Below are positions 38,633-48,816 of a stretch of 64,000 bases of DNA, one piece after another. Location of the stretch: NCBI GenBank assembly GCA_030390025.1, contig CM059432.1:122824001-122888000 (forward strand). The letters are read 5' to 3'. Source of the DNA: Squalus acanthias. Its lineage: Eukaryota. The stretch's first letter is position 1; each line of letters begins with the position of its first letter. A program made the translations under genes and the position numbers. Below the pieces are notes generated by a model. The model was not told where the DNA came from, ran no database searches, and saw nothing but the letters and a program-made list of their open reading frames with translations.

Positions 38633-41049
38633 GCTTACGCTTCAACCACAGGTGGCTGGCACATGGAGATGAATATAAGTCCGACATTCTCAAAACCCCA
38701 GGCATCATCTGCCCAATAAACGGTGGTTTGCACTCAGTGCCACCACCAACATTCTAAATGGAATTCTCCCTGAGCCCTCACTCTTGAACTTCCATTTCCC
38801 AGAACACAGAGGCCACACTTTAGATGATCTCAGCAGATCGTTAAACCTTTTTCCACACTGAGCCCATGTGTGTCTGCACACAGACCTCGAGCTCACCTCC
38901 TCAGCTATTTGCAGCCAAGCTGCCTTGCTTTGCTGAGGAGGCCTCCTCCTTCTGTTTCCAGGGAAGAGGACCTCCTGACGTCCTCTAACTCCCTCCACAA
39001 GAGCATTGAACCTGAGTGCAGCCTTAGTTTTTGGCGCTGCCATTCCTGCAGCAGCCAGCACTTTTAACAGAAACAAGCTAATGCTTCTGCAAAGGGGACA
39101 TGGCCCCTTTAAATCTTTACTGAAACAACGCGTCATCAGAGGCGAGAATCTGACACTCTGCAAGCAATTGCCTGGAGGGACCCGCACGTCTGGTCGTAAC
39201 GAACCAATCAACCTAAAATCTGATCTGCCGGGCGGCGGCAACCGGGAGCGGGCCCGCCGTCAACCCGCCTCCTTCATTAAAATCGAGCCCTATGTAAAGC
39301 CCATCTCACAACTCATTCTTTAATATATTTCCCTGATCTCTCTTCATCTGCATTGATCAATTGAATTGCAATATTTTTTCAATCCTACCTTGCTTGCTTA
39401 TCTTTCCAATTTTCAAAGCTGCAAACGGCTTATATCTGAACTTGTCTTTAGGATATTTTTCTTTTTTAAAAGATGCTGTATAAATGCAAATTGTTGATTC
39501 TCTTTACTGATAATGATGGACTTGCTGTGCATTCCCAGCATTGTTTTTGTTTGCAGTTATATTAATGGTAATGTGTTTGTGATTAAAGATGCCTTATCTT
39601 TGACATTCCATGGTAATGACCAATCAATTATTTTCCAGTAGCTGCAGTATATTGATTTAGAATACAATGACAACAAAAAAATTACACCTGATATCAGATG
39701 ATACTACTTGAATGACATGTGTGATATAATGTCCCTCAGTCAAAATATTCATCACTGACCATCTTTATTCTTATTGTTGGTTGACTATTGTCAGGCATAT
39801 TATTATACTACAAATGGTTAAAGAACTTTTTTCTGGTCAAGGCACACAACAGTGGTGTGGAGCCATCATTGTTAGTTGGTATAGTGCTCAGTACATGATT
39901 CATTTTTATCCCTGTAATATTTTTTGTAAGTTTTAAAATTAGGGCTGTAGAATTCATTTTCCAGATGTGGCATGTGCTATTTAAGTGTGGCAGTGTCAGC
40001 TGTCGTTGACTGTTATATCAGCAGGAAACAGACAAAGAAATTGCTGACAAGAACAATATTATGCTACCACACATGGCTCTGGACCCGTCGTTCCCAATGT
40101 CACGCTTGTCTGATTTCTGACTGCAACTAGCAAGCACAGCTGAATGAACATGAATTCAAATACAGTCTGGTTGCGACTCCTGAGGCAGGAGTTAAGTAGG
40201 AGTCAGCAAAGTTGGCAGTCAGCAAGCCGAGATGGGAATCGAAGGAAAAAAGAATGAAAGCCGAGAAGTATAATATGTATTGCAGATACGATAGTTTTGT
40301 TAGATTTTGACATTGATTTGTGCTACTGTCTAACACTATAGCTGTTGCAAAGAAGGAAGACTATACTAAAGAGCCTGAGGCCAGCAGAGTGTAGTCATTT
40401 AAAGAATGTCGTGTATATGATTTACCATGTGTCCAAGTACACTGCACCTGGTGTGCACTCAGGATAGACTTATTTGATTACAGAATATAATTTATAGACT
40501 CGATATTAAGTGCTCCAAATCAAACGTTCCGGTCAAATGAATTTATCTGATACCAACCAATGAGGAAGGCAAATTAAACAGAAACAATTAATATTACTTT
40601 CAGGTCAGGATATAATGAGGTCTATCACCTTCTCAGGATGTACTCAGGACCATTATTTCAAATCAAATTCCAACTTATTACTCGGCATACTTTTTTCATG
40701 CAGCTGATTATTCTCCTGTACAACATCATAGTCACAGCTCAGTCATACTTTCGAAGGGGATGGAAAGCTGCACCTCCAATTCATAATGTCACTGAAGTAA
40801 CGATTCTTCACAAAAGCAGAGACAAAGGCAGTGTCTGCATCTGTCTCCTTTTGTAACATTTAGGATTGCATGCCATTTCAGAGGAATACATTTGTTTAAT
40901 AAGAGTAAGGAACTAAGATAATTGGTCAGACAGAAGGCAAACAAGAACTTAATAGTCAGCACAAAAAGGCCCTTGGTAAGCAAATGCAGTGTATCTAAAT
41001 GCATACATTTCATATTGCAACAGCACCTGCTTGCCCCCTCACCTACTCC

Positions 41050-41290
41050 AACAAAAACTACTTGCATTTATATAGCGCTTTTAACATAGTAAAACGTCCC
41101 AAGGCGCTTCACAGGAGCGTTATCAAACAAAATTTGACACCGAGCCACATAAGGAGATATCAGGGCAGTTTGGTCAAAGAGGTAGGATTTAAGGAGCTGA
41201 AAGAAAGAGAGGTAGAGAGGCGGAGAGGTTTAGGGAGGGAATTTCAGAGCTTAGGGCTTTGACAGCTGAAGGCATGGCCACCAATGGTAC
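41050..41290 (-). mobile_element. L2 LINE 3' end fragment
   Basis: Typical L2 terminus (reverse complement of ttgcatttatatagcgc...cccaaggcgcttcacag). Confidence 0.6.
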
Positions 41291-42502
41291 TAGCCCTCTG
41301 TACGCTTTCTGCTCTGTGTGTCTCTCTTCTTCTCCCTGCCCCCATGAGCTAAGCCATGTTAATAGTGCATTCATTCAGTAGTTTTCACCTTCCTGCTTTT
41401 GCTCCACAGTGACAGAGCTCAAGAGCGCTACTGGAAGTGTTGTATCAGCATTCATTATGTAAGTAACAGGACTCTGAGAAATGAAATCTTGCGATATGGT
41501 GATGGAATATGTCATGTTCCCTCAGTTGCTGGAGAGCAATGCTGAAAAGGAGAAAGTACGAAGTGAATGCTACAATCATTCCATAGTCAAGCAGATTGTG
41601 AAAGAAAGAAAGAAGAAAGAAAGGCTTGGATTTATATAGCGCCTTTCATAACCACCGCACGTCTCAAAGCGCTTTACAGTCAATGAAGTACTTCTGGAGT
41701 GTAGTCACTGTTGTAATGTAGTGAACAGAGCTAAAGACAGAGAGCAAACAGAGAAATTGGAAAAAAGTGTTAGCTATGGATGTTACTTATGTAAGGGGGC
41801 GTGTCTCAGACGGTGCTGGTGCGAGGTTAGGCCTTCGTTGCCTAATACTATTGTTTGCTCTGGTCTCCGGCCAGCCTTTTTGCAATAAGCACCTGTGAGA
41901 GGTTCGACCCACTCGCCCTTACGGTTCTAACACTGGACTTAGGTGCAGGGAGCAGTAATGCAGAGAAAACTCAAATAGACCGGTTGAATAGTACGAAATG
42001 GAAATCTTTATTGCATGGCGTCTAAAATCATGAAATACATGTCATAGGCGCAGATCAACGATAGTACAAGTATACATACATTCATAAAGCTTGGTCTGTG
42101 GAAATGGAGAACACACGGCACATCGTAGAAAGGGGAACACATTGGGGTAGAAATTAGGTCGCGCCCCATTTGGGGCGCAAATATCGTCTGGACGCAAATA
42201 TTAGCGCCTGGCGCTAATTATCGGCACTGACAGGAAACTTCACTTTTACCGCCCCGGGAGGTGAGTGGAGCGCTAAAGCAGGCGCTGCACACCTGTCTTA
42301 AGGCGCAAAGGCCAAGGAGTGAGGCGCTAACTCAGCGCGCGAGCGCAGCGCAGCTGCTGCCAGTTAGCGAGGGAACACAGACACACTGGCGCCGGACACT
42401 TCTTAAAGCGGGGGGGGGCCACTTGCTCCCCAGCCACACCCTGCTCATTGCAGCCTTGAATCTCAGCCTGGAGAGACCTGTGAATCCATTTTGCTGCCAA
42501 GC

Positions 42503-44272
42503 ATGGAGAGGGTGAGAGAACGCGCTCATCGCTTCACCGAGTGGGCCTTGGATGCTCTGGTTGGCGCAGTGGAGCGCAGACGATGTATGCTGTTCCCTGA
42601 GAGTGGCAGGAGGCCTTTGCCACGCGAGTTCAGAAGAGTGTGGAGGGAGGTGGCTCAGAGCGTCTCCTCCAGGAGCATGGTGCCCAGGACCCATACTCAA
42701 TGCCGCAAAAAGTTCAACGACCTCACTCGGGTCGTCAGGGTGAGTGGCTTTTTCTCAATACCTCTCCATCCCTCCATCTCAACCTCACTCTATGGCCAGA
42801 GGGTCTTAAAACCCCAATGCACAACACTCATCCAACACCTATGGCCCTTTCATCAAACACACACACACATTCCACACTTTGCATACAGTAAGGGCTATTC
42901 ACCTATGGGAGGCACATCAGGCAAGACCATGGCTGTATATTTACTCAGATGCTGTCCTTTTTCTTGCAGGCTAAGCTGGCTCATAATAGGAGACAGCAGC
43001 AACGGACAGGTGGAGGGCGGCATCAGCTGCAACCCCTCAGCGATCTGGAGGAGCGCATCCACAGGATTGTGGCAAGCCGGGTGATCGGTCCCGTCGCCAC
43101 TGGAGACGCCGACCCCGTTCTGGACAGCAATGGTAAGGTCATCACCTTTTTGTCCTCTGTCCTTCCACTTGTCCCTCACAACACCAGCCTTTGACACTTT
43201 CAATCCAACTTGCTAACTCGCTGCACTTATTCCTCCCTTACTGCCACCCTGTCCTCACGCTAAAGCCACTCTTGTACCTCCCTGCTTTCAGATGGTGATT
43301 CACCAGCTGAGGAGACGGGCCCTGAAGCTGCCACTGGGAGTGATGCTGCAGCTGAGGAGGAAGAGGAAGCCAGAGCATCAGTGCCACCCTCTCCCGAGGA
43401 AGCCCATGCCCACACTGGGAACACGCCTTCCCTGGAGGGGAGCAGGGGGGAAGGGGCTGATGAGGGTGAAGCTCCAGGACCCAGCGGGCTGCAGCAACGC
43501 CATGGGGGGGAGTAGGGAAGAACGGGGGCCTTCTCCCCAGAGGGAGAGTATGCCAGACACTCCTACTGCAATGGACGCAGAGGAGGAGCGGCTGATTGCA
43601 GAAATGAACACCCAGGCGGTGGGCATGCACACTGAGCTCATGGGTGCAGTGGGAAGGGTGCCCGAATGCATTGAGTCACTGGCAAGGAGTGTGGAGCACT
43701 TCGCTGTAGCACAGGCGGATGCCACACTAACGCTTAGTGCTGCAATTCAGTCACTGGCTGCCGTGATCCCATCTCTGACTGCTCTCATACAGACTCAGAT
43801 GGAGGCCACGCGAGCACAGACTGCTGCCAACCTCGATGGTTCGTGCACATGTCCCCGGGGCTGTCACCGCGCCGCAGCAGGCCAGCAATCTGTTCTCCGG
43901 CAGATTGCTCCGGATGCTGAAGTGCTGCCCCGTGGGAGTGCCAGTGTGTCGGGCGAGCAGGGAGTTGCTGTCCTCTCTCACGATGACAGCATTCCTGCTG
44001 CCAACACTGTCACTTCTCCACTGCACTTGCCACCGCCTGTAGGACAGACTGCTGCCGCCCATGCAGAGTTGGTGCAGTCTGCAGCCGGGCCCTCCAGGCC
44101 CAGAAGTGGTCGAGGCCGTCCTTCAGGGGCATCTGCAGTGTCAGGGTCTGACGAGCAGCAGCCTTCCACCAGCCTTGCTGCAGCCACTGAGGTCCCATTA
44201 CGGAGGAGCAGTAGGGTTAGAAGGGGGGAAGTGCGCAAGGGAAGGAGATCACCCTCGAAGGGCAAAAAGTAG
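42503..44272 (+). CDS. Harbinger Myb/SANT (trihelix) DNA-binding gene, 3 exons (42503-42739, 42970-43132, 43292-44272); 1-nt frameshift in a G-run at ~43504-43510
   Basis: Trihelix motif RFTEWALDALV...WREVA...QCRKKFNDL. GT-AG introns gtgagt...ttgcag and gtaagg...tttcag with compatible phases. Confidence 0.8.
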
Positions 44273-44566
44273 GAGGTGTGACAAAATGCTGGTCATTTTT
44301 TTATTAAAGGCCGAGGTTCATGGTCCAACTTTTGTTTAGTGTTTTGGACATTATCTCCAGGTTGTGAGAACCAGTTATGTTATTGACTGTTTTTTTGTGT
44401 TTATTTCTATGAGTTTGTCATGAGGAATTGACACACACAGAGTTTGTAAAATAAATAAGTTTCTGTATTCAAAATATACATGGCTGGTGGTTGGAATTAT
44501 TGGTGCCTTGGCCGGCTTAGGGGTTGCGTGCTGGGTTGATTAGTGTTGGTAGCAATGGCAGGGGCC

Positions 44567-45796
44567 CTAGAAGCGGCTTGCTATTAGCCGTTGACGGACG
44601 GCCCTTGCAGTTTGACCATTGTGGGCCGCCCTCCCGCCTTGGTGCTGCTGCTGATCATCGTCCTCGTCCTCTTCCTCCTCTTCCTCCTCCTCCTCTGGTG
44701 GTGCTACAAGGCCTGGTGGCATTGGCTGGGTCCTGAGGATTGCCATGTTGTGCAACATGCAGCACACGACTACGAAGTTCGATACTTGCTCAGGCGAGTA
44801 CTGCAGGGCTCCTCCGGAATGGTCCAGACAGCGGAACCGTTGTTTCAGCACGCCGATTGTGCGCTCAATAATGTTCCTGGTTGCTTGATGGCTTTCATTG
44901 TACCGCAGCTCAGCAGGGGTGTTTGGCGTACGGAGCGGTGTCATCAGCCAGGTGCTCAATGCGTACCCCTTGTCCCCGAGAAGCCAACCAACTGGCTGAT
45001 GCGGTGCCTCAAAAACTTCTGCCACAGTAGTCTGGCGCAGGATAAAAGCATCGTAGCAGCTGCCAGGATAGTGGGCATTGACAGCGAGTATCACCTGTCT
45101 GTGGTCACAGACCAACTGGACATTCAAGGAATGGAACCCCTTTCTGTTCCTGAATTCCTCTGCATTCTCACGCGGAGCACGCAAAGCCACATGCGTGCAG
45201 TCAATGGCGCCCTGCACCATGGGGAAGCCCGCTACCCTCGCAAAGCCCAGAGCGCGGTCACGCTGCTTGTCTGGGGTCATAGGGAAAGAGATGAACTCTC
45301 GTCTCCTTCTGAAGAGGGCATTGGTGACCTGCCGGATGCAGCGATGCACCGCGAACTGGGAGATATTGGTGAGGTCCCCAACAGCAGCTTGGAATGAGCC
45401 AGTGGCGTAGAAGTTCAAAGCCACTGTGACCTTCACTGCCACCGACAGAGACGTCCTGGACCTCAGCTGAGGCTGCAGATCTGGCTGCAGCAGGTGGCAG
45501 AGCTCAGTGACCACCTCCTTGCTGAATCGCAGCCTTCGCAAACACAGCTCCTCGGACATATGGATGCAGGAGAGCTGTTCACGATATACCCTGGGAGGGT
45601 AAGCTCTCCTGTACATGCGCCTGATGGCCCTCCTCTGTCTGGCCATCATTGCCACTCTCTGTCTGCGTCTCTGTATCCTCCGATTCAGCTGGAGCAGGAC
45701 GACGCCCCCAATCAGTGCAGCCCCCATATTCTCTTTGCCAGAAAAGTAATGAGGGACAGCAGCTAAAGTAGCAACAAAGTTAGGATGAATAGGCAA
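44567..45796 (-). CDS. Harbinger (HARBI1-like) DDE transposase, uninterrupted ORF; likely start MGAALIGG at 45727
   Basis: Motifs GAIDCTH, NRKGFHSLNVQ, YDAFIL, LLGDKGY, IERTIGVLKQRFRCL and CCMLHN, plus an acidic C-terminal tract. Confidence 0.93.
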   Translation of the reverse strand: MPIHPNFVATLAAVPHYFSGKENMGAALIGGVVLLQLNRRIQRRRQRVAMMARQRRAIRRMYRRAYPPRVYREQLSCIHMSEELCLRRLRFSKEVVTELCHLLQPDLQPQLRSRTSLSVAVKVTVALNFYATGSFQAAVGDLTNISQFAVHRCIRQVTNALFRRRREFISFPMTPDKQRDRALGFARVAGFPMVQGAIDCTHVALRAPRENAEEFRNRKGFHSLNVQLVCDHRQVILAVNAHYPGSCYDAFILRQTTVAEVFEAPHQPVGWLLGDKGYALSTWLMTPLRTPNTPAELRYNESHQATRNIIERTIGVLKQRFRCLDHSGGALQYSPEQVSNFVVVCCMLHNMAILRTQPMPPGLVAPPEEEEEEEEEDEDDDQQQHQGGRAAHNGQTARAVRQRLIASRF

Positions 45797-46862
45797 AACT
45801 ACCTCACAAAGCGTTGAGTCAATGTAGAAGTCTCTCTCTCTCTCTCTCCGAATCTCTCTCTCTCTCTCAGAACGAGTGGTGCATAAATGTCGACCACAGA
45901 AAAAGACAGGAAGAGGCCCCCTTTAAATAGCGCCCCCCCCCAGCCCCACAGCGATTGATAGCGTTCCAGTATTCCGGTCGTTGGAAGCGCCAGGCGGTAA
46001 GGCAGGGGGCGCCACTCAATTTCCGCTCCGGGGCGCCCCAAGGGCGTTGCACCATGGAATGACGTCATAATCTGCGCGCGCAGGTGGTCGCAGCGGTAAG
46101 TTTTAGCGCCGCCGCACAATCTCAAGTTAAGTTCTCGAGCGGCGCAAACATCGCTGCGCCCGGGCGTTAGCGGCTTTGCGCCCCATTAGCGCCCTCTTAA
46201 GGCGCTAACGGGAGGTGCAACCAAGTGAATTTTTACCCCATTATATCTTAACCTTATTAAAACACCCTCCCTTAATAATACCTACACTACGTCTAGATTT
46301 GTAGGATCGGAAAACATGCTCACCACTCGTGTTACTTCGGAGATTTTTAAAGTGAGGCACTCGGCTCGTTTCGCTGCAGCGCCTGACTGTCACGTGTTTG
46401 GAAGGGTTTCTGCACCCCACTTGTTTATTTTCGCTGCTGCGACAAGCAGGCCAGACTCCCTGTTGTCATGAAGAACTCGACGGACCTCGGACACAGTTCA
46501 AAGAAGTGTCTTCCTGTGCTCGATACAGGTTGTCGGGAGAACTCAAAGAAAAGTTCTTTATTTATATTTTCGGGCGCGGTCGGGGTTTACTGACCGTGGC
46601 GGCACGTGGATTCTTCTCCTCTTCTTCTCGTCTCATCTCGTCTCTTCGGGCCTCCGGGTCCAGACACCGTTTACCGACACTCGGGATGGTGTACCCTGTT
46701 ACTTGCCCTTGTCGGGGCGGCTCGTTCCGATTGAGCTCCACCCAACACTCGCATAACCGACCAGTACGGCTAAGAGTCAAGAGTCAACAAAGTCCAGAGA
46801 AACACAAAGTCCAGCCCTAAGGAAGAGCTTCAGCAAGGGTCCGCCGAGAGATAAGAGAATAA

Positions 46863-47754
46863 GGGGTAGAAATTAGGTCGCGCCCCATTTGGGGCGCAAA
46901 TATCGTCTGGACGCAAATATTAGCGCCTGGCGCTAATTATCGGCACTGACTGGAAACTTCACTTTTACCGCCCCGGAGGTGAGTGGAGCGCTAAAGCAGG
47001 CGCTGCACACCTGTCTTAAGGTGCAAAGGCCAAGGAGTGAGGCGCTAACTCAGAGCGCTGGCGAAGCTCATGTAATGTCAGTCAGCAATGGAACACACAC
47101 ACAATGGCATGGGCCAGTTCTTAAAGGGGATGGTTAATCTTGCTTTCCATCCACATCCTGTTCATTGCAGCCTTGAATCTCGGCCTGGAGAGACTTGCAC
47201 ATCAAATGTGCTGGAAAGAACAATGGAGAGTACCAGGCAAAGAGCTCAGAGTGCAGCTCCCACAGTCTCTGCTAAATCGATACAAGGAAGGGCAAATCAA
47301 AATGAACCTGCAAAGTGCTGCTCAGTACCCAAAACTCCTTCACACAACGTTGAATCTCTCCAGAAGTCTCTCCCTCTCTCTCTCAGAATGCGTAGTTCAA
47401 AAATGCCACCAACAATAAAAGACAGGAAGAGGCCCCCTTTAAATAGCGCCCCCCCCAGCCCCACAGCGATTGATAGCGTTCCAGTCTTCTGGTCGTTGCT
47501 AGCGCCAGGCGGTAAGGCAGGGGGCGCCACTCAATTTCCGCTCCGGGGCGCCACAAGGGCGTTGCACCATGGAATGACGTCACAATCTGCGCGCGCAGGT
47601 GGTCACAGCGGTAAGTTTTAGCGCCGCCGCACAATCTCAAGTTAAGTTCTCGAGCGGCGCAAACATCGCTGCGCCCGGGCGTTAGCGGCTTTGCGCCCCA
47701 TTAGCGCCCTCTTAAGGCGCTAACGGGAGGCGCAACCAACTGAATTTTTACCCC
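46863..47754. mobile_element. Non-autonomous Harbinger (892 bp) sharing both ends with 42144-46239
   Basis: About 190 bp of the left end and about 340 bp of the right end are nearly identical to the autonomous copy. Flanked by TAA/GAA, with empty site gagaaTAAgagttc in the 5' LTR. Confidence 0.9.
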
Positions 47755-48424
47755 GAAGAGTTCAGCCCGAGTCAAGCCCCCGATGGACATTTGTTCTCTA
47801 TAGTTATAGTGATGTGTCCCCTTATCTCCCGCTCAAATCTTAATGTTTGTCCTTTGTGTAATATTGGCGCACAAAACTCCCAGCATGGGGCGGTTGTCTT
47901 CTTTAACGGGTTTCGGTAGCACCTGAAACTGGCCAACTATCCGTTAATGTTTTCCCCATTGTTGACCCAGCCAGGATGTGTATGAATCGTCTCCCTGACT
48001 GGTTTTGGGGGCCCCCGAATACTGACTTAATCACCCGTCAATGTCTCTCTCATTGTAGAGCCGGGGGGGTATTTGTGTATTGATGTGTCTGGATGGGCCT
48101 TCGATTGCCCAGTACAATGATCCTTTCTGTGCATAGGAAAACGATTCCAGCACTTATATCTTTGCTATTGTTCCAAATGCAAACGGGTTGCATCCTGTCT
48201 TTATCAGTGTTTACCGAGTATGATCCAATCTTATACTAAATGTATATTCAACGCCATCTTGTCTGCCCACTGTGTTTCTGGAAGCTTCTGCCACGATGCG
48301 CGGCGGCCATTTTACAGGCTTCTGTGTCCTTTATTATCAGGACAGCATTTCGTTTAATAAAACTGATCAAACGAATCTGCTTCTCTTATGTTATTTTGAA
48401 TCGCGATAATTGCAAAACTTTACA

Positions 48425-48436
48425 GTCCCTCCTGTT
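48425..48436 (-). promoter_or_regulatory. Polypurine tract
   Basis: Minus strand AACAGGAGGGAC immediately precedes the TGTAA start of the 3' LTR. Confidence 0.7.
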
Positions 48437-48816
48437 GATGCGAATAACTCTGCTTATCGTATCAATTAAAATGCTGGTGAGCAAATTATCCCGATTAGCC
48501 ACATCCAAACACTCCCGGTAATTAAACGATCTAGGGCCTCCATGCAGTCCTCATTTCCCAGAGAAAATTACATTGTCTAACTTGGATAAACCGTAGGCAT
48601 CATTGCCTTTAAACTTACACTGCGTATACGCCTTCCAGGTGCAAAAGGCCGATGCCTCTCGCACCACCTGTATATGCATGTTTTATTATAAAAGAAAAAA
48701 ATAATTAAACCAACTGTTTTAAAAATACAAAAGTTCCAAACTTAGTTACACATACTCATAACTAACAACAACTACAAAACACACATGGTAAAATGGAGCG
48801 GCGTCATCCTGGCCAT

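Larger units (their letters stand above)
30568..39290. mobile_element. Outer Harbinger A (transposase +, Myb remnant -) carrying nested insertions
   Basis: TIRs gggcttggttttaat / attaaaatcgagccc. Transposase N-terminus at 31095-31244 resumes at 37568-38632. Myb remnant at ~38820-39045. Confidence 0.8.
42144..46239. mobile_element. Autonomous-type PIF/Harbinger DNA transposon (4096 bp) inserted in the ERV 3' LTR
   Basis: TIRs ggggtagaaatt / aatttttacccc. 3-bp TSD ATT, with the empty site aacacATTatatct visible in the other LTR. Contains convergent Myb/SANT and DDE transposase genes. Confidence 0.95.
41790..48424 (-). repeat. 3' LTR of the ERV, interrupted by two Harbinger insertions
   Basis: Matches 57550-59192 once 42144-46239 and 46863-47754 are removed. 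Roughly 20-25 differences counted by eye. Confidence 0.95.

Noticed and set aside
43292..44272. 326-aa ORF as a standalone gene
   Set aside because: The ATG straddles a splice acceptor. It is exon 3 of the Harbinger Myb gene, read partly in the wrong frame.
44567..45796. Domesticated host HARBI1 gene
   Set aside because: It lies between TIRs with a TSD inside an LTR and has multiple decayed paralogs in the window, so it is a transposon copy.
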